NCBI RefSeq assembly: GCF_009914755.1
Contig: NC_060940.1
Length of the DNA stretch: 64,000 nt
Source of the DNA: the human T2T-CHM13v2.0 reference genome, Homo sapiens
Reading direction: 5' to 3' (one strand)
The notes below the pieces were generated by a model that searched no databases, was not told where the DNA came from, and saw only the letters and a program-made list of their open reading frames with translations. Position numbers and translations under genes: made by a program. Shown one piece after another: positions 16,916 to 32,980 of this stretch. Position 1 is the stretch's first letter; each line of letters begins with the position of its first letter.

Positions 16916-17752
16916 CAGATGCACAATGCAGCAAGCCCAGCTGCTGAAGTACTCAGCTCCTTCTGGATGAAGCTGGTACCCCGATCCCAGCCCAGCCCTC
17001 GCTTCCCAGGCCCCAGCAGTAAGAGGTCAGGAAGGGCTGGGCCAGGAGGGCAGCCCCAACGATGTTGTCCCCAGACCCACCAGCCAGACCCCAAAGGTGG
17101 GCTCAGAGCCTCCAGCCCCAGCGGGAAGTTCATCTCTAAAGCCCCCCAGCCCACCAACCATTCATAAGCCCCAGCTTAACGGGGGCCCCTGCTGTGATCT
17201 CAGCCTCCCAGGGAAGGAGGGGCTGGAGGGCTGTGGAGGGCCCAGACAGAAAGAGGTGGCCCTGCGGTGTCTTCCTGGGGCAGATGGAGTCATCTCAGGG
17301 CAGAGGCAGATCCTACAAGTGGTGCCTGTCCACTCAGCGCCTTCCCCTGTGAAGCTCCAGTTCTTGGTAGAAAGCCTGACCTTTGTGATGGGGGACAGTG
17401 GTGGCCATGGCTGGCGCTCCCCGCCTGTTTACTCCGTCCTTCCGGAGCTGCTTGCCCTGGAAAGGAGCAGAGGCCTTAAGATGGGGCACAGCAGAACCCA
17501 GATGTGTTCCTAAGGGAGCGTTAGACAAGCCCCAATTGAGGAACATTCTACAAAATATCTGGCTAATGCTAGGCAGGAAAGACTGAGAAACTGTCTCCAG
17601 TTGAGGAGTCCCAGGAGACATGAGCACTGTGAGAGCCAGCCTGGATCTGGGGGGCCCCGCGGGTCATTGTGAGATCTGGAAGAGGCTGCGGACGAGTTGA
17701 CAGTGGTGCCTCCGTGCCAGCTTCCTAGTTTCAATAATTGCCCAGGGGTTAG

Positions 17753-18218
<466 letters not shown>

Positions 18219-18544
18219 AGGGAGGGGGATGCTATATAAAGGGTATGTAGGAAATCTCTGCTATATTTGCAACTTTTTTGTAAGTCTGAAATTATTTCCA
18301 AGTGAAAAATCAAAAATTTTTTTCTAATAAAATGCAGCACCCAGCTAGGAAGGTGAGCACAGGGACTGCCTGCATCCATCAGAGACTTGCTCCTCAGAGG
18401 ACGTTTGCCACCAATATGAGCGGCCCTGGGGGCAGTGAGCTAGCGAGGCCTGGTAGAGGAGGGGGCGAGGCCAAAGCAGGCAAAAAGGAGGTGGGATCAG
18501 GGCCCACCCTGCCTCGAGGTTGCTGTGGGATACTGGGTGGATAA

Positions 18545-18950
18545 CGGCGATACAGGCGCAAACACGTGATGCTGTCGTGTTCTGCCATAAAAAGGCATGA
18601 AGTCTGGACACGCGCTACCACATGGGCAGAACCTGAAAGCATAATGCCGAGTGAAAGAAGCCAGACACAGAAGGACACGTTTTGCAAGATTCCGTTTCTA
18701 TGAAATGTCCAGAACAGACAGATTCATAGAAACAGAGTAGACGAGTCGGGGCCAGGGGCCGGGGGAGGAGACGGGGAGGAGGAGTAGGGACTGGCTGCTA
18801 ATGGGCATGATGCAAATGTTTTGGACCTAGATAGGATTGAGCTTGTACAAGATTGCAAATAGATGATATTAAGCGCCATTGACTTATTCAGTTTAAATTA
18901 GTTGCTCTTACATCACGTGAATTTTATCTCAATATATTATTTTTCTAAAA
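18545..18950 (+). mobile_element. L1M (L1MB-like) 3' end fragment
   Basis: gtgaaagaagccagacacagaaggacac...tatgaaatgtccagaacag...gtgaattttatctcaat. Confidence 0.7.
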
Positions 18951-19337
18951 GTGAAATGCTGTCCTGGGTGGGTGTGCGCAGGCACAGCCTCCAGCTCCAG
19001 CCAGGAAGAATTGGGGCCCAGGGAGGCAATGAATCTGAATTTCAAGGTGGAATCTCCTGATACGTAGATCTTAGCAACTGACTAAAGGTATTTCATCAAC
19101 GCCATTGGGGGCAGCTCTAGGTCTCAGCCACCAGCTTGCAGTCTTAACCCAAGATGACCTGGGGTGGGGTGTCTGTGTGTTCGGTGGAAGCATCTGGGAG
19201 ATGGCCACCCCTCACCTCCTTGGGGTTTACTTGGAGAAACGAGGACAGACGGAAAAGTACCTCCAGGCAGAGAGAAAAGCTCTAGACAAACACCAAGATG
19301 TTCATGGTTTTAAAAGACAAGAGCTGCAGCCTTTTAA

Positions 19338-21202
<1,865 letters not shown>

Positions 21203-21331
21203 TGAGGGCAGACGCCTTGCTGGCACACGGTAGGTGCTCTGTAAATATCTGTGGACCTACTGAGCAGATGGGCCAGCGATGGGTGAACTTCTTCCCGCGG
21301 CCTGAGCAGTGTGTGGGTATTTGCTGTCTCG

Positions 21332-21349
21332 TGGCGCCCCCTGGTGGCC
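21332..21349 (-). promoter_or_regulatory. CTCF motif
   Basis: Minus strand reads GGCCACCAGGGGGCGCCA, essentially the CTCF core consensus. Confidence 0.7.
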
Positions 21350-22520
21350 GTCATGCAGCACACGCTGAGGGGCCAACCCGTTTTCTCCCTGCAGGATAAG
21401 TCCCTCACCTGGCACCCACTTCCCATGTGGCCACCATCGGTGACGTGGGCAGATCCACAAAGTGGCAGCTTTTGGCCCCCATGGAGTTCTGTGCTTCTGG
21501 ATGATCAGGTGAGTTGGAGGAAAGTCCCTGTTAGAGTTTCTCACATCATTAGTAATGGCACCATGATTAAAGAGCTAGTGCTGATCATGTTAAACATAAT
21601 ACGATCCTTGTTTGCTGCCTATGGGCCCCGAGCAACCTCTCTCAGCCTCAGTTTTTCCCCATCTATGAGATGGTGATGATTGCGAGAGTTAAGGGAAACG
21701 GTGCGTGTTAAATCAGCACAGGACAGGCAGGTTTTCCATAAAGAAGCGCTGTCGTATTTGGGGGAAATTTTCTCCTGAGCATGGGCTGATGACACCGTGA
21801 GAGGTCAGCCCTGTTACTCACCCAGCTGGGCATGTCAGAAAGCTTCTTGGCCTCCATTTCCCCACCTGTGAAATGACCACCTTGGCCACACTGCCTCCCA
21901 GGGATGTGGGGGGAGCACCAAGGAACACCAGAGCTTGACAGCTGGTTCCCAGATACGAAGGATGGGGAAAGAATTTTCTGTAGGAGGAGGTCAGACTCCT
22001 AGGTACCACCCCCCAGACCCCAAAGGAGAGGGGCAGCTATTCCTGGAAGATCACGGGGTCAAGGACAGCAGGCACTACTCGGGGCAGAAAAGGAGAGAGG
22101 AGCTGGTCTATTTACTGCCCAGCGAAGCTTCTGGGCCCTTCTCTACCGAGTCCCAGCAGCCAGTCTTCCAGTCAGGAGATGGGGGCCGCCTCATGGAAAA
22201 GCTGGCTCCCTACACAGCCCTGCCAGGCAGTGGGCTGGTGTCTCACGCAGAACATGGAGGAGGGCTTCTAATAGGAAAGCCAGAGAGCACGCAGAGGAGA
22301 GAATGCGGAGTGGGGAGCCTGGGAGTACACCACCCAGGAAGCCAGGGGAAATGCAGAACGAAACCCCAGTATCCTTAGAGACAGGGAACAGCAGGGCATC
22401 CGCAGAAGACACTCTGGCTGATGTTTCCTCAAAAACACAAAGGAAAATAAAAAGCTTCTGGAAATTAAATCTACCATAGCCTGAATTTTAAAAAACATCC
22501 AGAAGAGCTAGAAGACAAAG

Positions 22521-23402
<882 letters not shown>

Positions 23403-24609
23403 GCTAGGTCACACAGCACAGGGGCCAGGAGAGTGTGGGCTCTCCACGGCTGCTCTGGGAGCCAGAAGATGGTGGGGTGGTGTCTCCAACAGGCTGAGTG
23501 AAAAGTACTTAGCTACGCCATCAACCAAAGGTGAGGCAGAATAAGGTATTTTTAGGTGAGCCAAAATACCGGAAACTTGAAGAATAAGGCACCCCTTCTC
23601 CAGCAACTCTCAGGGAGCGGTTATACCACTGGAAGGATCTGGAAGGTGTAGACCCTGGGACCCAGAAGATTGAACCCACCAACCCTGCAGAAGCCAGGCC
23701 CTCTCAGCAGGGAATGGGGGAGATGGTGCAGATGCTGCCCGTGGCAGAGGCTGGCTGGGGTGCAGGCACTCAGCGACAGCTGGAACAGGCACACGAGGCA
23801 GCTTCACCTCTGTAAAAGCAAAAAGTTGGACCAAAAAATCAGAGGCCCCTATCTGGTTTAGCAGCAAAGTATTCAGTCATCACAACTAAACTTGATCATG
23901 TACGAAACGTGGGACGCACATATATTCGGTGAATGGGGAGGGGAGAGCAGGCAGGAAACCCGGAGTTCTCTGGACTGCAGATGTGCTGTGCCTAGAACTT
24001 TCTTCGGAAACTTGCTGGCCCTTTTGGGAAGCCGCCTGCATGGGCCTGTCGGGCCTGACCGCTGAGCTACTCGCTCTCTTAGAGCTCAGAGATTGGCTCA
24101 GCTTTCAGCGCCCAGAACCAGCCACACGGAAAACCAATTTTCCCTTGGCGTCTTCAGGTTGTCTTGGCTAAAATTAGCAGCTGGATGAGGGGCATTGCGG
24201 TTTTAAACAGGCTCCTCAGGAGATGCTGTAGGGCGCTTGTGCTTTTTTTTATGGGCACCCTGCTTTTTGTGTGCGGCTCCCAGGCTACCCTTCAAGCTAT
24301 TTTCCCCTGCTTCCATACCCAAGCCAAGTTCATGTACAATAGAAGATAGGATTTAGCCACCTTCCTATTTGGAGGATATTTTTGTTTTGTTTTAATGCAA
24401 GCGTCATCCTTCTATACAATGAGCCTACATAACAATCTAATATAAGGAATACAAATAATATTGCAGCAAAATTCGGCAGAGCCACAAACACAAGCTGGAG
24501 GGCTGCTGCCCATGCAGCCGCCCGGCTCAGGTGTGCGCCTCCGTGTTCGAGTCTCCTTCTCATTTCCGCGTGTCTGGAATGCCACCAGGAGCCCCAAGGC
24601 ACAGCACGT

Positions 24610-24707
24610 GCGAGGCAGGGCTGCGGCACACACTGACCATCTGGCCTCTGAAAGGTAAGCGAGGCAGGGCTGCGGCACACACTGACCATCTGGCCTCTGG
24701 AAGGTAA
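24610..24707. repeat. 2 x 49-bp tandem duplication
   Basis: gcgaggcagggctgcggcacacactgaccatctggcctctg(a/g)aaggtaa occurs twice with one mismatch. Confidence 0.95.
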
Positions 24708-24817
24708 GTGGGCATTTTGGTTCCCTCAGTGCAAATGTTAGACAAATTTGTTGAATGAATTAAAATCAAATTGTAGGTACTTGAGATTCTGAACTGTGGA
24801 GATTTTGAAACATTGTT

Positions 24818-24823
24818 TTTATT
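24818..24823 (-). terminator. Distal poly(A) signal AATAAA
   Basis: tttatt on the plus strand, with U-rich sequence downstream on the minus strand. Confidence 0.7.
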
Positions 24824-25102
24824 TCAACGTGCACTAAAAAAAGGACTAAGTAAAACGATGGGAGTCGAATTAAACATTCAACAAGCAACAGTACTCACTG
24901 GGCAACATTTGTGAGTCGCGCTTGAGTGCCCAGGTCACTTGTCATGGGCACAAAAGCATTTAGAGTTTCTGGAAACTGTTTGGGAGTGACCTTAACAGCC
25001 TGGGGCTGGGCCCACGAAGCACGGAAAGGCACCCCCTGAAAACACCACCATCCAGGAAGAACGGGCGCTTTGGAAGCCATTTGAGAACTGTTAATTGATT
25101 AC

Positions 25103-25108
25103 TTTATT
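25103..25108 (-). terminator. Proximal poly(A) signal AATAAA (a further hexamer lies at 25210-25215)
   Basis: tttatt on the plus strand. Confidence 0.6.
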
Positions 25109-26962
25109 TCATATAAAAGTTACATTGAAAGAAGAGGTTGAAAAGTCAAGTATACTTGATTTGCACACACTTGCCAAGTCTCACAGGATTCAACCACTTG
25201 GATAATTGTTTTATTGATAACAGGATATACATATTAAAAGCCTCACACTGAAGCCCACACGCATGTCCAACCCAGACAACAATGTGCAAATGAATATGCA
25301 GAACAATCTCGGAAACTGGCGTCTCCAGGATCACCCACACTTTGTCCCTCTGGCTGTGACGCAGCTCTTCCCCCAACGGCGCACACGCTTCTGCGGTGAC
25401 CAAGTCCACTTCCAAACCCCCTGCAGGTTTGCTCGCTTGGCTAGGACGGTGGCTCAGGTAGGTCCCTTTGTGGTTTTGCATCAGCAGTGGTAGAAGCCCT
25501 GATTCGGATGGGGTACAGAGTAATTAAAAACAAAAAACAGTTCACAGATGAACAGAAAGGCAAAACAATTCCCAGGAGGGAGACGCCAACTTCTCTTAGT
25601 GTGGAGGGCAAGCATAAAGGAAGACCCTCAGACTTTGTCACAGATTGCTTCTTGATGCGTCCGGCAAAAAATGTACAAACCAGGCAAGTTTAAGGCAAGG
25701 CCCCACGAGGGGAGCTGTTGGCTTTCTGGCATAATTTTAAGCTCCGCACCAAGGATCCTATTTTATCACCTGTGCCGTGGGTGGAGAAGAAAACGTAAAA
25801 GCTAACCAAAAACTCCAACAAGAGGGCGCCATCCTGGCCATTCCCGACTGGAGCGCTGCCTGCGGTGGCACAGTCGCCCCTGCCAGGGGCTGGCTGCCTC
25901 ATGGTCCCCTCCCCTTCCCAGAGGTGCCCAATGGCTGGGCCCTGCCTCTCCAGTAAGGATGCCTCCCCTGCCCCACACACAGCATCGGGCTGCCCCAAGT
26001 ATCAAGTCACCGAGCCGCAGCTCTGCTCTTACCTAGGTGCCATTTATACACTGCTAATTTGGCTGGAACAAAAAAAAAAAATCAGTTCCAAGGCCCTCAA
26101 GCACTCAAGATTTCTTTAAAAAATGAAAGCAGGAGGGCAACGAAGGGCCGCACAGGAACGGCTGTTCTTTGGATCGAGATGTCCTCCAACAGCAATACAT
26201 TCATAGTAACCACGGGCAGGACCCCGCGGCTCTCTCCCCTCTTCCCTGAAACGTCGGTTTCTAAAAAATAGCTTGTTTGCTGTACACAGCCGGTAAATGT
26301 TACACTGCCTAAACAACACTGGCAATTTTGACACACATGCACACACGCGCGCACACGCACAGACACGCACACACACAGACTTGCTGAGAGGGTCAAAGGA
26401 TGTCTCTTCCGGGGCAGCGGGGAGTGTGCCGGAAGCCACCTTCACTGTTCAGTGCACAGATCTTTTGCAACTTCAGTGCAAAGCATCGGAGCTAATCGAG
26501 ACCAAAACGTCTTTCTATGTAAACGCCCTGCTGTGATCCGGGGAGTGCACTGCTGAGTGGCGGGGGCAGCAGGAGCCCCCTGAAATGACTGCTTGGAGAA
26601 TCCCTGTTCACTGGATTCACTGTTTTTCTTCATGATTGGAAACAGCAGCTCAGGACCCAGGATTTGAATAACCCATGTAATAACCCGAAGTATTCTCCAC
26701 AGAAGCCCCAGCTCTGCAGGAGGCCACGGCGTTTGGCTTCTTCGTGTGGCCACACACCTTTCCGTTGTTGTACAGGTGGGGACTGAGAGCCTCTTCCTCT
26801 GCCATCTGTGACTATAAATATATAAAACTCTGCTTGCTGCAAGCAATTGGTTTGTGTAGGTTCCAGTTGCCCTGTTGGTCACAGATGAGCTGTTGATATC
26901 CTTCAGACCCCAAATAAATAACTGGAAGTCTGTGAGCAAGTTTCAGTCTGATGAGCCACGCC

Positions 26963-27139
26963 TCACACTGAGAACTCCGGGCCGCCTTTTCTGGGTCTCG
27001 TGGGCAGTCGCCTAAATCGGAAGCCCACAAAGGGATTCATCCAGAGGAGTGAGGGGGGCCCCCCAAAGACGGACTTCATCCCTTCCCATCGCAGCCTCCG
27101 CTCCCATGTGGGCTTCTCACTTTTCAATCGCTCGATCTC
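26963..27139 (-). CDS. ZDHHC7: ZDHHC7 last coding exon (EIERLKSEK...NPF...GPEFSV*)
   Basis: cttccag|GAG acceptor, 58 codons then TGA at 26965-26963; brings the total to 308 aa. Confidence 0.96.
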
Positions 27140-27714
27140 CTGGAAGCAGAAAGAAAAGCAAGTGGCAGCGGCTCCAGGAAGCTCGGCAGACCCCACCAAG
27201 CCTCAGAATCACACCGTGCTCAAGCACAGTGTGGGCTCGATGGAGGGTAGGTGAGTGAACTCTCCTTCCCAGCTCTGCCCCGATCCAGACCCCGTGGCCT
27301 CTGTGAGCCCAGCCCGGCTGCAGCCACGTGGCCAGCCCAGACTACCACAATGGCCCTCCCAGCCAGGCACCAACATTTGTCGCTCGTTAGTTACTGTGTA
27401 CAGACATTTACTGAGCGCCACTCCAGGCCTGCAGAGCCAGGCCCTAAAGGCAGTCAGTTCCCTGAAATTTACTGACTGCACTGGGAGCTGGGAATCTGCC
27501 TGGCTCTGCTGACTTGCAAATCAAACTGAGACTAGAAATATGCACTGCCCAGAATGAAAGAAACAGCAAACACAGGGAGCTGGTTGCAGCTCATCAAGAC
27601 CGTCCCATTACGTTCCCGAGTCAGTCCACAGGCACCTATTGTTGACATTAGGACTTTTCATTTACTCAAGCTTGGACCACATATGAAGTCCACACAGCCG
27701 AGAACAAAGCTTAC

Positions 27715-27845
27715 CGTCTCGTCGTTGCATATGGAGTGGATTTGGGTGCCAAACATAACTGCAGTGAAAGTGAAAAACAGAAGACCCTCAAGGCACAGGA
27801 AGATCAACAGGATTACAGTTATCGGAGGTGAAAAATCACTGCATT
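27715..27845 (-). CDS. ZDHHC7: ZDHHC7 coding exon ([44 protein letters not shown]), TM4
   Basis: ccgcag|AA acceptor, ACG|gtaagc donor, 131 nt. Confidence 0.96.
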
Positions 27846-28543
27846 CTGCGGACAAGAGGAAGTTGGTTATAACTGGTCCTGAATACCCCGAGTGGCAGAA
27901 TGTTTGGCTCAGAGAAGAATCCTCTAGGGCCAGCCCCTGGCCAGCTTCCAGGGGGAAGTTGTTCACTTTCTAAATGGGCACATTCATTGTTCTCCAAGGA
28001 GCAGAGGAGGGCCACCCTTCCAAGCAAAAATTCATACCATGACTTCCTGGCCAGTGGTTTCAAAAGAGTCTGTATTTTCTGAGGTTTCTATTGACACTGT
28101 ATTTATGAATTAAATGGCAAATGAAGCCAGACCAGAAGAGTTGTGTGCACCCATACCAGTGAGCAGTGCTCACAGGAGTCTGTTCACCATGTTCCCCTGG
28201 GGTGGGATGAGCCTGTCCAGACCTCACTGCATATCTAAGGTAGGATAACGAGCACCTATTTTCACTACACTTGCTTAGGGTCGGTCACTCACGTAAGCAA
28301 CGTGAAGCCTGCTTTGAACAATGGCGAGCTAGCTGACCAGCAGACAGACACAAGCTTTTGGGGCAACAATATACTAGTAAAATGGTGGTGTTAAAACTTA
28401 ACTAAATTCTTTAAAATTCAATTGCTAAAATAATTGCAATGATTTCCTTCAAAATTGGAAAACTGGTTCTTCCTTTAAAGCTTTCCCCTTTCACCCAATA
28501 ACAGCATGCAAAGCCAGGAATGACACATAGCCAGGGAACTTAC

Positions 28544-28625
28544 CAGTCCACTGCCCTCGGACACAGGAGATGAACTGAAATCCACAAAGGATCAGAGCAT
28601 GGACTGAAGACAGAGCTATATACAT
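28544..28625 (-). CDS. ZDHHC7: ZDHHC7 coding exon ([27 protein letters not shown]), TM3
   Basis: cattctag|ATG acceptor with GACTAAC branch point, CTG|gtaagt donor, 82 nt. Confidence 0.95.
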
Positions 28626-28654
28626 CTAGAATGAGAGGGAGATTGGTTAGTCAC

Positions 28655-29520
<866 letters not shown>

Positions 29521-29808
29521 TAAACTCTAACATACTTTAGGAAGATTCCTGTTATTATTAATAAACAATAGCGATTGAGGACATCTGGGAGAGAATTAAA
29601 TTACAGTGAACACCTAAAATAATACAAGCAACATATTACTTATTGGGACTACTTCCTGCCAATGACAGCACAGTATTATAATTTGAATCCTGGAGAAAAG
29701 GCTGGAGAGAAACTGGCCTGACGTTAGTAGATTTCTCTGCTCCAGGCAAGAAGCAGTTAAAGAATTTCAAATTCAATGTAAATTCAATACAAAAATATTT
29801 TTACTTAC

Positions 29809-29905
29809 AGTGAAGAGCACAAAAAATCTTTGATTCTTTTCTCCTACACAATTGTTCACCCACGGGCAGTGATGATCCATTTTCCGAATACATCTTTTGC
29901 AAATA
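29809..29905 (-). CDS. ZDHHC7: ZDHHC7 catalytic exon ([32 protein letters not shown]); DHHC codons at 29866-29877
   Basis: ttttcag|T acceptor, ACT|gtaagt donor, 97 nt, canonical DHHC-CRD motif. Confidence 0.98.
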
Positions 29906-30461
29906 CTGAAAAGGAGAGTTTGATTTTTCAGTATTCCATGCTCTGAGGAAACCAGAGTAACACAACCAAATAAAATCAAAGGTGGAGGAAAATTAGAATG
30001 TATATTCTAATACAACATGTCAAAAAATATCATACATTCTCACTATATTCCTTTAAGGTTTATCATTTTAATTAAATGTCTTCCGTTTCCTAAGGAAAAT
30101 ACTCAATGGACCAACAGCTTGGGGCGAAAGGTCAAACTAAGCCATACTTCACGAGTTCTCAGACACTCCCCCAGTAGAGCTGGATCATGTACACCTATCA
30201 GTAATGTTCCTAATTTTGCAAGCTTACAAGTCTATTTCAATAAAAAACAAAAACTGAAATTTTACCCTCAGGGAGAAACATTCTTTGTATCTTCAAATAA
30301 TTCCTACCACTGAATCCATATTCACTGATGAATATGCAGTATGGATTGCATATTCATCTTGAATCATCAACTACACACCCAGGCATGAAGTCGTCTTGTT
30401 TTTAACAGCTGTATTTTACTTTTGCCCAAAACACTCTGTATGTCCAATTTTAAATAACTAA

Positions 30462-30881
<420 letters not shown>

Positions 30882-31010
30882 CATAGCGTCACCTTCTTCT
30901 TATTCATTGACCTTGGCTCCCTGCCCGACCTCCACAGCACCTGACTTCCAAAACATTCCCATTTTATCTTCAACAGATTTATTGAAGTATAATTTATATA
31001 CCATAGGTCA

Positions 31011-31352
<342 letters not shown>

Positions 31353-32390
31353 TTATTCTATCTGCAGAGTTGTGAGACCATCACCATCTAATTTTTGAAC
31401 ATTCCCACCATCCCAGAAAGAAACCTCACCCCATATGCAGTCACTGCCTATTTCTAACCCCAGCCCAAAACAGCCACCCATTTACTCTCCGATACCATTT
31501 CATCTTTCTTTACTTTCTGGCCAAACCATGAGGATATGAATCTCTTAAAGCTTTCACTCCAGCCATAAAGCAGTCAGCACCCTGTATCTGGGTTTCCTCC
31601 CGTTGGAGGCCATCAATGGCTTCCAGCCTATTCAAGCAGGCCACGACCCCCCAGGAGAAGGGCACTGTCCAGGTGCAGCCTGTCACACAGTACAGGGACG
31701 TGTGACAACTATTTCAAGGAATGGAGAAATACACCCAGACATTCACACTTCAACACGTGAAATCAACAGCCAGCCCCTCCAGGAGCAGAAAAAGGAGTCA
31801 GGAACTGGCAAATGTGGGGGAAGAGGATAAAATGCAACCAAGACCAGCAGGGGTGAGGTGTGAGGGCCAGGAAGGCTACTTGAGCCAGGCAGATAACTGG
31901 ACTGTGGCTTTTAAAAAATACAGTAACTGGTGTTTGAGAGCACGCCCAAATAAATACAAAAAAACAAAACAACAAAAAAATGAGAGCACATCCAAAAGAA
32001 CCTTGCTTCTACGCTGCACCACCACCCCAGGTAAGAACAAAAGTGAACGCACAACAGCCTCTCTGGCTGGCTGGAAGAACCCAGAGCAGGAGTGAGGGGA
32101 AGGTTCTGAGCCTTTCTTCTGGCCCCCACACAGGATGTGCCCAGGAGCTGTGAGCACACACGTGCTGGCCTGTGTGGCATGTGTGCCACAACAGAGGCGG
32201 GAACCTTGTCACCTCCTCCAGTTGTTGAGCCACAGCGAGTCCCTCGGGAAGGAGGGGATCCCTGAATCCATACTGTTTCCCAGCTCCCAAAAAGACTCTA
32301 GGGCACCGGCCCTTTACTCAGCTCCCTACCCCAGAAAGAACATGACACCTACGGCCCCGCCCGTACAACGTTGCCCAGATGCTCGGGGGC

Positions 32391-32525
32391 CATGTACCTA
32401 CGGTGGTGGGCGCACTCTGGTTTAATACAGCAGCACACGTACCCGCAGTGGCGGATGCGCTCGGGTTTAATACAGCAGCGCACGTACCTGCAGTGGTGGG
32501 CGCGCTCGGGTTTAATACAGCAGCA
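32391..32525. repeat. 3 x 45-bp tandem repeat spanning an exon 3' end and its splice donor
   Basis: Units at 32391-32435, 32436-32480 and 32481-32525; each intronic copy matches the exon-overlapping copy at 40/45. Confidence 0.95.
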
Positions 32526-32612
32526 CTTGGGGCACTTGTAGATGACTTCCCCGGGCTTCAGCTGCAAGCTCTCCATGTATTCTTTCGTAGCGTTTCCTTT
32601 GGGTACTGCCCC
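32488..32612 (-). CDS. ZDHHC7: ZDHHC7 coding exon ([12 protein letters not shown]...[15 protein letters not shown]), first half of the cysteine-rich domain
   Basis: ggtag|GGG acceptor, CAG|gtacgt donor, 125 nt, frame consistent with neighbouring exons. Confidence 0.96.
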
Positions 32613-32800
32613 CTACCATATAAGAAGAATGTACTTTAGTTGGGGAGAATGAAAGTTAAAAACATCAGGCCGGGCGCAGTGGCTCACACCTGTAATCCCA
32701 GCACTTTGGGAGGCTGAGGCGGGTGGATCACGGGGTCAGGAGTTCAAGACCAGCCTGGCCAACCCAGCCTGGTCAACATGGTGAAACCCCGTCTCTACTA

Positions 32801-32980
<180 letters not shown>

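Larger units (their letters stand above)
24790..26962 (-). other. ZDHHC7: ZDHHC7 3'UTR
   Basis: Repeat-free sequence after the stop codon, ending at minus-strand AATAAA hexamers. Confidence 0.8.

Noticed and set aside
32391-32525. CRISPR-like interpretation of this and the other short tandem repeats
   Set aside because: The units are contiguous with no unique spacers, there are no cas genes, and the DNA is mammalian.
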